Source: a virus
Lineage: Duplodnaviria > Heunggongvirae > Uroviricota > Caudoviricetes
Virus record (IMG/VR): IMGVR_UViG_3300012281_000001
Direction: 5' to 3' (one strand)
Length of the DNA: 52,086 nucleotides
A model generated the notes under the pieces. That model was not told the origin of the DNA. It searched no databases and worked only from the letters and a program-made list of their open reading frames with translations. A program made the translations under genes and the position numbers. Position 1 is the stretch's first letter. Every line of letters starts with the position of its first letter. Below, piece after piece: positions 10,911-19,975 of the stretch.

Positions 10911-11110
10911 CAATCGTAAAAACCCATACCGGTACCGTGATCACCAAAGATGGCCCGAAGGTAAAAAAACTGCACCAAACAGAGCGGATGTGGGTCGTTG
11001 GCAAAAACGAGTTTTACCACAAAGAAACTGGACGCCGCCATTTTGCAGAAAATACGCGCCGCCGACTGCTGTTAGACACCATTAAGCCTATCGAGGTGAA
11101 GCATGTTTAA
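10907..11110 (+). CDS. hypothetical protein
   Basis: 67-aa ORF, ATGA overlap with the upstream stop. Confidence 0.45.
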   Translation: MTIVKTHTGTVITKDGPKVKKLHQTERMWVVGKNEFYHKETGRRHFAENTRRRLLLDTIKPIEVKHV

Positions 11111-11342
11111 ACAGAACGAAAAAGCTATCGCTCAAATTGCTGATTATATCCCGCGTGCGTGCTGGGGTATGCAGTTGCAGGAAGCCAAAGCGCGCCTGGA
11201 GAAAAAAATTGCGCTCTATATTGATGACGGCTGTGATGCCGCCGTTCTTAACGCGGCGTTCGCACCAGCTCTTAACTGTCACACTCGGGAGTCTTTTTTT
11301 TCGTGCATCGCAGCGCAACTCCGCCAAGGAGGCAACCAGTGA
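11103..11342 (+). CDS. hypothetical protein
   Basis: 79-aa ORF; GAGGTGA SD; C-terminus LRQGGNQ encodes the SD of the next gene. Confidence 0.5.
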   Translation: MFKQNEKAIAQIADYIPRACWGMQLQEAKARLEKKIALYIDDGCDAAVLNAAFAPALNCHTRESFFSCIAAQLRQGGNQ

Positions 11343-11983
11343 GTAACCGTTTTTACATGATGTGCTTGCGTGAAACTGTGGGTAATAACGCCTCATTCCA
11401 TTGCCATAACGGCAATGGTTACAGTTCTGATATCGATCGAGCACATGTTTACACGCAGGAAGAAGCCCAAAAAGCCTGGAATTGTGGTCGAGATATCGAT
11501 CAGCCTGTTTGCGCTGACAGCGTGGATGCAATGGCTGTGTGGCACGTTGATTGCCAGTACATCCCTACAGAAAGCCTGATTGAGTCAGATTGCACTGCGT
11601 ATGTGGCCTACAAAAAAGGTAGCTGGAACGGCAACGATGTTTACTGGCTTCAACACGGTGGATTGCCAACAGATGATTTCAGTAAAGCGACCATCTTTAG
11701 CGTCGCCAACAAAAACGAACCAGGAATAGTTTGGTTGCCATTTCCCATTGCTGATGCAGCAAAGCGCCGGACGTTCAATATCAATAACTTTAACCGCAGA
11801 ACAATGGTTCAGGGCGCAGGTTTGGTCATGCCTGACTGGTTGAAAGAGCAGAACAGAAGAAAGAAGTCGCGAAGCGGGAAGGTGCGTTGGAATTGTCCGC
11901 ATTGCGGAAAAATAACCTGGCAGTACAGCCCATATGATTTTGAAGGCTGTAGTGATTACAACTGTGAAGGATGGCGAGAATGA
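11339..11983 (+). CDS. hypothetical Cys-rich protein
   Basis: GTG start overlapping upstream stop (GTGA) 7 nt after AAGGAGG; C-terminal CPHCG...CSDYNCEGW motif. Confidence 0.5.
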   Translation: MSNRFYMMCLRETVGNNASFHCHNGNGYSSDIDRAHVYTQEEAQKAWNCGRDIDQPVCADSVDAMAVWHVDCQYIPTESLIESDCTAYVAYKKGSWNGNDVYWLQHGGLPTDDFSKATIFSVANKNEPGIVWLPFPIADAAKRRTFNINNFNRRTMVQGAGLVMPDWLKEQNRRKKSRSGKVRWNCPHCGKITWQYSPYDFEGCSDYNCEGWRE

Positions 11984-12702
11984 CAATTGACTATCAGGTA
12001 CTGCGTGAGGCGGCAGAAAAGGCAACACCAGACGAATGGGTCGCATTTATTTCGACGGATACTGGTACTTATGCGGTGCACACGCCCGGTGATGAACGAT
12101 GTGAAGACGTTATCAAATGGACCGGCTTTGATGGACAGAAAAATGCAGAGAACAACGCTCGTCATGTTGCCGCGTTCAACCCAAAGGCTGCACTGGAGCT
12201 GCTTGGTGAAATTAAGTGCCTGGAGGACACAAATATTGATGCTATGTGTCGAATTGCAGAGCTTGAGACTAATCTCGCGGCGCTGGTGGCGGAGAATGCG
12301 GGGCTTAAGGCCTTCAAAACCGCCGTTTATCAGCAGATGGGCGTCGGATGTGATGCTCCTGAATTCTCCATTACGACAGGTTTGAGTAACTTACGTCGTT
12401 TTGCTGACACACTCCACGCCATTGAACGTGAGTTCTTTACCAAAGAGCTACCTGATGAAGAGCACGAAGGCGAAACATTCAATGAATGTCCACTTAGCTG
12501 GGGAATGAGCGTCGAACAGTACGTTTCCGAGTTTCGCAAATGCCTGGCTGAAGTGCGGGCGCAGGGATTGGAGATGTTTGCACAGAAATGTAACTCAAAA
12601 TCCGAACAGTCGCTTGCATCTGATATACGCGATAACTGGAAACTACTCGGTGAGCATGCGACTGACTTTGCCGCAGAGCTTCGCAAAGGAGGCAACCAGT
12701 GA
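11980..12702 (+). CDS. modular hypothetical protein (Ea22-like architecture)
   Basis: ATGA-coupled start; N-terminus QVLREAAEKATPDEW is paralogous to the N-terminus of 12699..13379; C-terminus LRKGGNQ repeats the junction cassette. Confidence 0.5.
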   Translation: MTIDYQVLREAAEKATPDEWVAFISTDTGTYAVHTPGDERCEDVIKWTGFDGQKNAENNARHVAAFNPKAALELLGEIKCLEDTNIDAMCRIAELETNLAALVAENAGLKAFKTAVYQQMGVGCDAPEFSITTGLSNLRRFADTLHAIEREFFTKELPDEEHEGETFNECPLSWGMSVEQYVSEFRKCLAEVRAQGLEMFAQKCNSKSEQSLASDIRDNWKLLGEHATDFAAELRKGGNQ

Positions 12703-13379
12703 GCGAAATTAACTCTCAGGCACTGCGTGAGGCGGCAGAGCAGGCAATGCATGACGACTGGGGATTTGATGCGGACCTTTTCCATGAGCTGGTAACACCA
12801 TCGATTGTGCTGGCACTACTGGATGAACGGGAAAGAAACCAGCAATACATCAAACGCCGCGACCAGGAGAACGAGGATATTGCGCTAACGGTAGGGAAGC
12901 TGCGTGTTGAGCTTGAGGAAGCAAAACAACACGCTGAAGAATTATCCGAAACCAAGGCTGTTCGTAACCAATGGCGGCCAGATATTTGCCCAATAACCGG
13001 ACGTGCATTTTTCATGTGGATTGAGCATCCAACATTGGGAAATGTGCCGACATATGGTGGCCCATTAGATAGTTACACCATTCCAACAAAGGACGGTGAC
13101 GGTGAGTTTTCATGTGAGCGTTACGATCATGATTTTGGCGGTTGGGTAGAAAGCGAATGTCTTGGGTTATATCTGATTGATGATAGAGAACAATGCAGGG
13201 TCTACGAACTGGAGGAACGCGTTAAGGAACTGGATGCTCGGGAAATATCGCTCCCGGAACGTAGCAGCATGCTTCATCGAACAGATTTTCACGATGATTA
13301 CCAAACGGTAATGGCATACAAAGTTTCTGAAGTCATCGATGCAATCCGCGCTACTGGCATTCGCATCAAAGGAGAGTGA
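12699..13379 (+). CDS. modular hypothetical protein (Ea22-like architecture)
   Basis: GTG start in the repeated AAGGAGGCAACCAGTGAG cassette; N-terminus QALREAAEQAMHDDW. Confidence 0.5.
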   Translation: MSEINSQALREAAEQAMHDDWGFDADLFHELVTPSIVLALLDERERNQQYIKRRDQENEDIALTVGKLRVELEEAKQHAEELSETKAVRNQWRPDICPITGRAFFMWIEHPTLGNVPTYGGPLDSYTIPTKDGDGEFSCERYDHDFGGWVESECLGLYLIDDREQCRVYELEERVKELDAREISLPERSSMLHRTDFHDDYQTVMAYKVSEVIDAIRATGIRIKGE

Positions 13380-13380
13380 T

Positions 13381-13896
13381 ATGGCGTTAACACACCGCGA
13401 ACTCTGTCAGATTGCGTACAAGTTCCTTAAGCGCAACGGGTTCAAGGTTTGTTTTCATGACCGCTTTATAGCTGTAACCAGTACCGGAGAACAGCCAGAT
13501 GCTATGGGATTCAGAAATTCAGCATCATGCCTGATAGAGGCGAAGTGTTCTCGTGCTGACTTGTTGGCAGATAGAAAAAAGCGTTTTCGTAAAAATCCGT
13601 CTCTTGGAATGGGCGACTGGCGATTCTTTATTAGTGAGCCGGGAATTATTTCAATTGAGGATTTACCACCCGGCTGGGGATTACTTCACGTTGTTAACGG
13701 AAGAGTACGGAAAGTACATGGGTGGCCCAAGGGTAATTGCTGTTGGGGTAATCCTGACGATAAGCCATTTACTGGAAATAAGCAGGTTGAATGCGATTAC
13801 ATGTTATCTGCATTAAGGCGCATGGAGTTGAGAGGGCACCTTAATGAAATATATGACGGTGTAATTGTTAATAAGAAAGAAGGAAACGCGGCATGA
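13381..13896 (+). CDS. putative PD-(D/E)xK-family nuclease
   Basis: QPDAMGF...CLIEAKCS fits a PD-x(n)-ExK motif; ATG start 8 nt after AGGAG. Confidence 0.45.
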   Translation: MALTHRELCQIAYKFLKRNGFKVCFHDRFIAVTSTGEQPDAMGFRNSASCLIEAKCSRADLLADRKKRFRKNPSLGMGDWRFFISEPGIISIEDLPPGWGLLHVVNGRVRKVHGWPKGNCCWGNPDDKPFTGNKQVECDYMLSALRRMELRGHLNEIYDGVIVNKKEGNAA

Positions 13897-14288
13897 TCAC
13901 TATTACCAAAGAGCGACTACTGACAATCAAGCAGTGGCGCGAAACATACGGACCTGGTAGCAACGTTGTACTGCCAGCAGAAGAAGCGGAAGAACTGGCA
14001 CGAATTGCTCTGGCAGCGCTGGAAGTCGAGCCGATAGGTTTCCGTTGCAGGCGCAATGATAACCTTGGTGATTGGAGTTACGTATATCATCGAGAGCCAG
14101 ATGATTTTGAGCGCAAACATTTAGTGATAGAGGGCATTTACGCCGCCCCTCCAGCGCCAGTAGTACCGGAAGAAAAACCAATGCCTAATCCTCTTAGCAT
14201 GTACGCGGTTGATGCTGTTGCCGCTATTGCAGAGGTGAGAGGCTGGAACGCCTGCCGTGCCGCTATGCTTCAGGGGAAAGGAGAGTGA
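13893..14288 (+). CDS. hypothetical protein
   Basis: 131-aa ORF, ATGA-coupled; N-terminal module (IALAALEVEPIGF, IYAAPPAPVVPEE) paralogous to the N-terminus of 14498..15745. Confidence 0.5.
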   Translation: MITITKERLLTIKQWRETYGPGSNVVLPAEEAEELARIALAALEVEPIGFRCRRNDNLGDWSYVYHREPDDFERKHLVIEGIYAAPPAPVVPEEKPMPNPLSMYAVDAVAAIAEVRGWNACRAAMLQGKGE

Positions 14289-14290
14289 TA

Positions 14291-14487
14291 TGGACAAAAA
14301 CACACCTGCTTACTGGAGTTTATCACTTGATACTGAATGCCCAAAATGCGGTCACAATTTCGATCTGCTTTGTGATGCTGATTTCTGGGAGTTTTCTGGA
14401 GCTAAACAGGCATGTGAAGAAATAAAAGGTTACGAAACATGCTGTCCAGAATGTAACCATGAATTTAAAACAGATTTTGTGTATTGA
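14291..14487 (+). CDS. small zinc-ribbon protein
   Basis: CPKCG...CCPEC two CxxC pairs; ATG start in a second repeated junction cassette AAAGGAGAGTGATATGG. Confidence 0.5.
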
Positions 14488-14497
14488 GGCATAACGA

Positions 14498-15745
14498 ATG
14501 ACCACTTTTACTAAAGAACAATTAATAGAGATGATTAAGCGCAATATAACGGTTATGGATCGTTATCCTGATTTAGTAACTGCACAAATGGATCTGGAAG
14601 TATACAAAATTGCGCTGGCATCGCTGGAAGCAGAGCCAGTTGCTTATATTTTCAAACATCCGGCTGGGAAATTATTCTGGGCTTTAACGGATGAAAGCAA
14701 TAAAGAGCAATCGGACGTTATTCCTGTTTATGCTGCCGCGCCTGCGTCGGTTGTGCCGGATAATGCATCAGAGTCGCTTGCTTATGCTTACAAAGAGCTT
14801 ACGCCTGAGATTATGCGCGGTCATATCGCTGTATTCGAGCGATATGGAATAGCCCCAAACGATAGCATTATCACAATTCAGGCACTGCGAATTGCGCTGG
14901 ATGGCATAGAGCGGAGCGACGCCATGCTTCATGCCGGAAACTTTCGGGAAAACGCGAATTCGTCAACCAATAATTTTCGGGAAATTTCGGAAACGTCAAC
15001 CAACTCTCCGGTAATTCCTGTCGAGGTGTTGTCCGCAATCCTGAAGTTTGCCAGGGTTCGTGCCGATTTCGATGATTTTGACGGTGACAGGCGAGGTATC
15101 GGTGATTGTCTGGATGAGGTTGAGCAAGAGCTTATCGTTACCATTAACAAATATGCCAGTCAGTTGGCAGCAGAACCGATAGCGACTAATGACGTTCGAG
15201 AGAAGACAGTCGTTCCGCCAGTTCCGGTAATACTGGCTGATGTCGCGCAGGCAATTGAAAAACTCAAACGGAAATTAGTGGAATGCAATCGCTATAACTA
15301 CTGCGCAGATGCAGTTAAAGGCGTTGAGGATGTCTGCCGTGCTGTTAGCTATAGCCATGCCGACAATCAACCAGCATCTGGCAACCAGGCTGCCGAATCC
15401 AATCGCGGTAATGAGTGGACCGGCAATCCTGATATTGATAACGCCATCATCATGCTCGGCATAGATACGGCGGAAAGTTACGATGATGACCGTATTGAGG
15501 CTGTTAAGGCTGTTTTGCGTAGACTGGCTGGCAACTCTCCGGTAACTCCGGATGGTTGGATAAGCTGTAGTGATCGAATGCCCGCTCAAGATGATTGGAT
15601 TTTAATTTATTCAAAGCACGGTGAGTATATGGCAGGCCTGGTGCAAGGGGAATACGTGGAGTTGAGCGACGGCACTTTATCGTGGTTAGGGAACGTCTTG
15701 TTCTGGATGCCGCTACCAGAACCGCCACAGGAGATGCGCCAATGA
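14498..15745 (+). CDS. hypothetical protein
   Basis: 415-aa ORF; N-terminal module shared with 13893..14288. Confidence 0.55.
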   Translation: MTTFTKEQLIEMIKRNITVMDRYPDLVTAQMDLEVYKIALASLEAEPVAYIFKHPAGKLFWALTDESNKEQSDVIPVYAAAPASVVPDNASESLAYAYKELTPEIMRGHIAVFERYGIAPNDSIITIQALRIALDGIERSDAMLHAGNFRENANSSTNNFREISETSTNSPVIPVEVLSAILKFARVRADFDDFDGDRRGIGDCLDEVEQELIVTINKYASQLAAEPIATNDVREKTVVPPVPVILADVAQAIEKLKRKLVECNRYNYCADAVKGVEDVCRAVSYSHADNQPASGNQAAESNRGNEWTGNPDIDNAIIMLGIDTAESYDDDRIEAVKAVLRRLAGNSPVTPDGWISCSDRMPAQDDWILIYSKHGEYMAGLVQGEYVELSDGTLSWLGNVLFWMPLPEPPQEMRQ

Positions 15746-15825
15746 ACTGGCCTGAAGCATTCGCAACGGTAGGCGTTGCATTTGCGGTAGCCCTGATTGT
15801 CTATTCATTTTCCCGCTGGGGGTAA
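15742..15825 (+). CDS. candidate 27-aa hydrophobic peptide
   Basis: ATGA-coupled to upstream gene; MNWPEAFATVGVAFAVALIVYSFSRWG is a single predicted transmembrane helix; fills the gap exactly to the next ATG (15828). Confidence 0.3.
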   Translation: MNWPEAFATVGVAFAVALIVYSFSRWG

Positions 15826-15827
15826 CG

Positions 15828-16055
15828 ATGGGAAAAATAACTTTTGTTGTTGAATTCGAGGATGGCAAAGAGCCACCTGTTAGCGCCAATCTTGATGTTG
15901 GCAGGCTTGTTTCGGTTCTATTTGGTGACTACCGAGATGACTTCTTCCAACCAGAAGAAGTTGATGTAGTGCGAGAGGCATTAAACGAGTTAAGTGTTGA
16001 CAACGATGATGCTCATGCGGAAATCATCCAAAAAATGGAACTGCTAACTCACTAA
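15828..16055 (+). CDS. hypothetical acidic protein
   Basis: 75-aa ORF with ATG start. Confidence 0.45.
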   Translation: MGKITFVVEFEDGKEPPVSANLDVGRLVSVLFGDYRDDFFQPEEVDVVREALNELSVDNDDAHAEIIQKMELLTH

Positions 16056-16103
16056 ATTAGCAATTATGGTGCTATCACCTACGGCAACGAGAGAAATTTT
16101 ATA

Positions 16104-16226
16104 ATGTCAAAAGTAAATGTTTTGATTTTTTCAGTAATTGTAGGCTTTGGTTTTTCTGCTGGAGTGCATATTTATATTACGTGGGGAAAAATCATCAACT
16201 ACGTATGGAGTTGTTTTATTAAGTGA
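16104..16226 (+). CDS. candidate 40-aa small membrane protein
   Basis: ATG ORF MSKVNVLIFSVIVGFGFSAGVHIYITWGKIINYVWSCFIK in an AT-rich stretch; one predicted TM helix; ends 8 nt before the next ATG. Confidence 0.3.
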   Translation: MSKVNVLIFSVIVGFGFSAGVHIYITWGKIINYVWSCFIK

Positions 16227-16233
16227 GGTAAGT

Positions 16234-16527
16234 ATGTGGAGAGGTAATAGTCATGGCAAAAGCCAGATGATACTTACCGAATATCAGTTTGACCATAAAA
16301 CCAATAAATCACGTTCAGTATATTTGCTTCGGCACAATAGCCGCGTAAGGAATACCGTGCTGGAGCAAAATCTGACTGTTGAAATGGATAATTACGGGGG
16401 CTTCAAGCCAACAATTTCGCTTGATGATTTTCCTCGTGGTTTAAGCGAAAGAGAAGCAATGCTGAAATTAGCAGAATGGCTACAAAGATTAAGCATTGCT
16501 ATTGAAGATAACTGGTCTGAACCTTAA
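16234..16527 (+). CDS. hypothetical protein
   Basis: ATG 16234 four nt after GAGGT, within ORF 16147..16527. Confidence 0.45.
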   Translation: MWRGNSHGKSQMILTEYQFDHKTNKSRSVYLLRHNSRVRNTVLEQNLTVEMDNYGGFKPTISLDDFPRGLSEREAMLKLAEWLQRLSIAIEDNWSEP

Positions 16528-16533
16528 ATTTAT

Positions 16534-16908
16534 ATGATGACATTAAAACATTTTCTTGACCGCCCATTATGGGCGGCAGCCGCAGGCTATGACTTTAATT
16601 ATATGGATTGCATGTCTTATACTGCCAATGCATACGACCATTCGTTCAGCCTGCTGTTTAATTCTTTAAGAATATTGCCGGAAACAGAAGTTGGAGAGCT
16701 TCATTTATGGCTATTGGGCTTTAGCGCGGCTGTCGTTGGTATTGCTGTATGGCCTTTTATTTTTTGGCTGGTGGCTGTTGTAGTGTGGTTTAAGTGCAAG
16801 ACATACCGGAAAAAGTATTTCTTGGGTGATGGAATGACTGATATTGCCAAAATGAACATTGAAAAATGGACTAAGGAATGTGAAAAGAAATGGCGCAAAA
16901 AGAAATGA
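16534..16908 (+). CDS. hypothetical membrane protein
   Basis: 124-aa ORF with a hydrophobic stretch LWLLGFSAAVVGIAVWPFIFWLVAVVVWF and a lysine-rich C-terminus. Confidence 0.5.
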   Translation: MMTLKHFLDRPLWAAAAGYDFNYMDCMSYTANAYDHSFSLLFNSLRILPETEVGELHLWLLGFSAAVVGIAVWPFIFWLVAVVVWFKCKTYRKKYFLGDGMTDIAKMNIEKWTKECEKKWRKKK

Positions 16909-17570
16909 CTACTCTAACGACAGCATACTTACAGCAATTGGTATTTTTTGCAGGCGAGGCTACTTGTCATCCTGACACAAACTATTTATTGGAATTTGAG
17001 AGGTTAGCGTCACCCGGTATCGTTCTGGAACTGGCCCAACAGGTACTGGCCTTGAGACAAAAAGAGCAACATGAAAGTAATACATGTAGATTGAATTTTG
17101 AGCAGTGGCTGGAACAGCAACGAGGAAAAATCGATGTGGACTGTGGTTGTGTGTCCACTGAAACATTCATGCACTGGCTGCGGGTAGCTTACGAGGCTGG
17201 CAACTATCCGGATATTCCGGATAGTTCGGTGCCAGCGCCAGGAAAGGGCGTCACCGGTGAACGTATCCGCATTAAGCCGCATGTTTATCGCGAACTGATT
17301 AACCGTCTCCACGATACAGCGATCAAGTGTGCTGGCACCCAGCAATTACGAGAAAGAATTAGCCGTGTTTTGGGCGACGTTATTACGCCAGATCATCATA
17401 AACAAGCCGAGAAAAGTGACCTGGAAAGGTGTCACCTTGAGGCGGCATTAAACATTAAGCCGGGGCATACGCTTGGCATTATCGATGCTCTGTTGGTTCA
17501 TAAGATGGCCAGGGCTTTATTGCCGCTGGTGGCTGAAAAACATGAGGCGGACCATGCCAACGAAAGCTGA
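16890..17570 (+). CDS. hypothetical protein
   Basis: 226-aa ORF; start may be ATG 16890 or 16905. Confidence 0.5.
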   Translation: MAQKEMTTLTTAYLQQLVFFAGEATCHPDTNYLLEFERLASPGIVLELAQQVLALRQKEQHESNTCRLNFEQWLEQQRGKIDVDCGCVSTETFMHWLRVAYEAGNYPDIPDSSVPAPGKGVTGERIRIKPHVYRELINRLHDTAIKCAGTQQLRERISRVLGDVITPDHHKQAEKSDLERCHLEAALNIKPGHTLGIIDALLVHKMARALLPLVAEKHEADHANES

Positions 17571-17838
17571 GTTACAGGCGCGCATAGATATTCTTGAAAA
17601 AGAGAATGCGAGTCTAAAAGGAATGCTGGCGCGGGCGGAAAGGGAATTATCAGGCAAATTATTGCCAGAAGAGCTGCCACCAGCAGATATACCTGATCGA
17701 GTGTCCTGGTGGATGAAGTATTTCCGTGCACCGTGGGAGGCGTTTTGGTGCTACGACCATCGCAGATGGTGTGATGAGCTTGATAGCAGTTTCCCCTATT
17801 TTGCGGAAGGGAACTCTTGCCCTGAATGTAGGAGTTAA
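17554..17838 (+). CDS. hypothetical protein with C-terminal CxxC motif
   Basis: ATG 17554 within ORF 17473..17838; C-terminus WEAFWCYDHRRWCDELDSSFPYFAEGNSCPECRS paralogous to the next gene. Confidence 0.45.
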   Translation: MPTKAELQARIDILEKENASLKGMLARAERELSGKLLPEELPPADIPDRVSWWMKYFRAPWEAFWCYDHRRWCDELDSSFPYFAEGNSCPECRS

Positions 17839-17840
17839 TA

Positions 17841-18143
17841 ATGACCGGCGAGCTTTATTTTAAAATGGCACGGGAGCGGCGTGTGCATCTGGATCGGATA
17901 TTTCATCTCCAGAAGAGAGTAGAAGAACTGGAACGTCGTCTGAACTGTTATCCTGTTGATATGGTATCTGCAATACCGCCGATTCCAATAGAAATGCAGA
18001 TCCGCCTATGGATGGAAGAATATGGAATGCCGTGGGAGATATTTTTCTGCTTCGACCATAAACAGTGGGTAGATGAGCTGGATAATAGTTTCCCATATTT
18101 CACAGAGAACACATGCCCAATATGCAGGAAGAACGGAATATGA
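17841..18143 (+). CDS. hypothetical protein with C-terminal CxxC motif, tandem paralog
   Basis: C-terminus WEIFFCFDHKQWVDELDNSFPYFTENTCPICRK. Confidence 0.45.
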   Translation: MTGELYFKMARERRVHLDRIFHLQKRVEELERRLNCYPVDMVSAIPPIPIEMQIRLWMEEYGMPWEIFFCFDHKQWVDELDNSFPYFTENTCPICRKNGI

Positions 18144-18664
18144 CAAAATTTGGAAAGCTGGAAGCTCATTTGCTAACTCGTAACTACCGCCATGATATAC
18201 ACCCATATAGACAGTGGATCGATGAAAGCGAAGGAGTAGTTACATTCCCTCTATACAGGTTTGATGGGATGTTGGCTGGGTATCAGACATATAGACCAGG
18301 TGCTCCTAAGCAGCATAGCAATCCGAAGATGGCCCGGTATTTCACGCGATCACATGGCAGACAGTTACTTTGGGGAACCTATCTTCCTTTAAAAGATGGC
18401 CCAATATGGATAACTGAGTCTATTTTTAAGAGCGCAGCTGTACACAACGCGGGCGGCAATTCGTGGGCGCTGTTAGGTTCGACTTTCTCCGCTGGATTAC
18501 GCCGTCAACTTGCGATGCTGCCGTATGACTTTCGTGTAATAGGTGACAATGATGTGGCTGGTGAATCACTTGTGAAGTCTTTCGGAAAAGGTTTTGTGGC
18601 CCCGGATCTTGACGAGCTACAACCACATGAAGTGTCTCATTTGATTTTTAGCCATAGCCAATAA
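18140..18664 (+). CDS. small Toprim-like domain protein
   Basis: IWITESIFKSAAVHNAGG...FRVIGDNDVAGES resembles the Toprim conserved Glu and DxD; ATGA-coupled start at 18140 within ORF 18113..18664. Confidence 0.45.
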   Translation: MTKFGKLEAHLLTRNYRHDIHPYRQWIDESEGVVTFPLYRFDGMLAGYQTYRPGAPKQHSNPKMARYFTRSHGRQLLWGTYLPLKDGPIWITESIFKSAAVHNAGGNSWALLGSTFSAGLRRQLAMLPYDFRVIGDNDVAGESLVKSFGKGFVAPDLDELQPHEVSHLIFSHSQ

Positions 18665-18680
18665 GCATCTCTCCCCTTTG

Positions 18681-18699
18681 AGGCCACAATTAGTGGCCT
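18681..18699. terminator. hairpin between convergent Toprim-like gene and hot
   Basis: AGGCCAC-AATTA-GTGGCCT, 7-bp stem; no strong U-tract. Confidence 0.4.
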
Positions 18700-18724
18700 T
18701 AAACAATGTGTTTTCTACCTCGAT

Positions 18725-18946
18725 TTAGCCTCTATTATCGTTTTGCATTTCTCTAATCCGGTTCAGAACTACTTCATGCTGGGCTTGGATAGCGGCTTTT
18801 TCGTTTTCAAGTCGGGCAATAGACATCTCTAATTCTTTGCTGTACCAGGCGAGTTGGGCCAGGTTCATCCGGTTGTGGTCGAGAGTTGGAGACACTTCGA
18901 CGCGCTCCCTTTCTTCCTGCTTTAATGAGAAGAGGGGTAGCCGCAA
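18725..18946 (-). CDS. hot: DNA polymerase III theta-subunit homolog
   Basis: N-terminal SLKQEERERVEVS resembles HolE LDQTEMDKVNVD as remembered; position before lxr-humD matches P1 order; start codon uncertain (TTG at 18946). Confidence 0.45.
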   Translation of the reverse strand: MRLPLFSLKQEERERVEVSPTLDHNRMNLAQLAWYSKELEMSIARLENEKAAIQAQHEVVLNRIREMQNDNRG

Positions 18947-19003
18947 AGGCCGCCATAAGAGTGTCGATGAGGTGGGTAATAGCGCTTCCGGGATCTTTTG
19001 CCT

Positions 19004-19339
19004 TTACTTTTGATGATCCGGTCGCTGCGGCATCCTCGCCAGTATAAATGGCGGTTCTTTTGAAAACATGAATGTCGGCTGTGACCGTGTTTTCACCCAT
19101 CTAGCCTGCTGCCCTTCGGCAAGTTCACAGGCTTCATCATAGTTATTTGCCAAACCAAGCACGGATGGACGGTCCCACGCGCCACCATTCAGACAATAAA
19201 CAACAATTTTCCCGTCAGGTTGTGTAACCCCATAGGGATGGTCCCACCAGGCGTCCAGCTGAGCTTTAGAGCGTTTCTCGTTAGGAGTGCAGTCAAAATT
19301 TTTGGGCAATACAGGATCGAGAGGAATGCGGGCAGGCAT
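19004..19339 (-). CDS. lxr: LexA-regulated function protein
   Basis: 111-aa ORF divergent from humD with a LexA box between them; ATG with AAGGA SD; symbol by position in P1 order. Confidence 0.45.
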   Translation of the reverse strand: MPARIPLDPVLPKNFDCTPNEKRSKAQLDAWWDHPYGVTQPDGKIVVYCLNGGAWDRPSVLGLANNYDEACELAEGQQARWVKTRSQPTFMFSKEPPFILARMPQRPDHQK

Positions 19340-19474
19340 AGCTAATTCCTTATTAACTGATTGGCAACGAGGTTACGCTGATCCGTTGGTGATGAATAGT
19401 AGCAAAGCGCACAAAATCATCAGCGGTGGTCGATGTACATAACGTGTTTGCACCAAAGGTGCTTCTTTAATGTA

Positions 19475-19494
19475 TACTGTATAAATGAACAGTA
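19475..19494. promoter_or_regulatory. LexA (SOS) box between lxr and humD
   Basis: TACTGTATAAATGAACAGTA, a CTG-N10-CAG palindrome, 20 nt upstream of humD. Confidence 0.8.
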
Positions 19495-19513
19495 TTATTG
19501 AGGTGAAAACGCT

Positions 19514-19903
19514 ATGGGCTTCCCTTCTCCTGCGGCGGATTATGTTGAAAGCCGAATTTCTCTTGATCAGCAACTAATCAGGCATCCATCAGCAACCTAC
19601 TTCATGCGGGCCGCTGATAGCCATCACCGTGAGGGAATATTGCAGGGTGCTTTGCTGGTGGTTGATTCCTCGCTTACTCCGGTTGATGGTTCTCTGCTTG
19701 TGTGCGCTATGGAGGGTGAATATCGCATAAAGAGATACAGGAAGTATCCGCGCCAGCACCTGGAGGATTTAAGCACCGGGAAGAAAGAGGCGTTACCAGT
19801 GGATGACGATGGATACACGGGCAGTAATGCTGTTTTTGGTGTGATCACTCATGTCATCAATGATGCCCGAAGTGGGGAATTTGATGATTGTCCGGTGATT
19901 TAA
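19514..19903 (+). CDS. humD: UmuD'-like S24 peptidase
   Basis: 129-aa protein recognised as P1 HumD; LexA box 20 nt upstream; GAGGTGA SD. Confidence 0.9.
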   Translation: MGFPSPAADYVESRISLDQQLIRHPSATYFMRAADSHHREGILQGALLVVDSSLTPVDGSLLVCAMEGEYRIKRYRKYPRQHLEDLSTGKKEALPVDDDGYTGSNAVFGVITHVINDARSGEFDDCPVI

Positions 19904-19975
19904 GCTGCAAAGTGCTGGTGCTTTATGCCTGTGAAGTTTATGATTGTGTACACATAACGAGTACACGAGGTGTTT

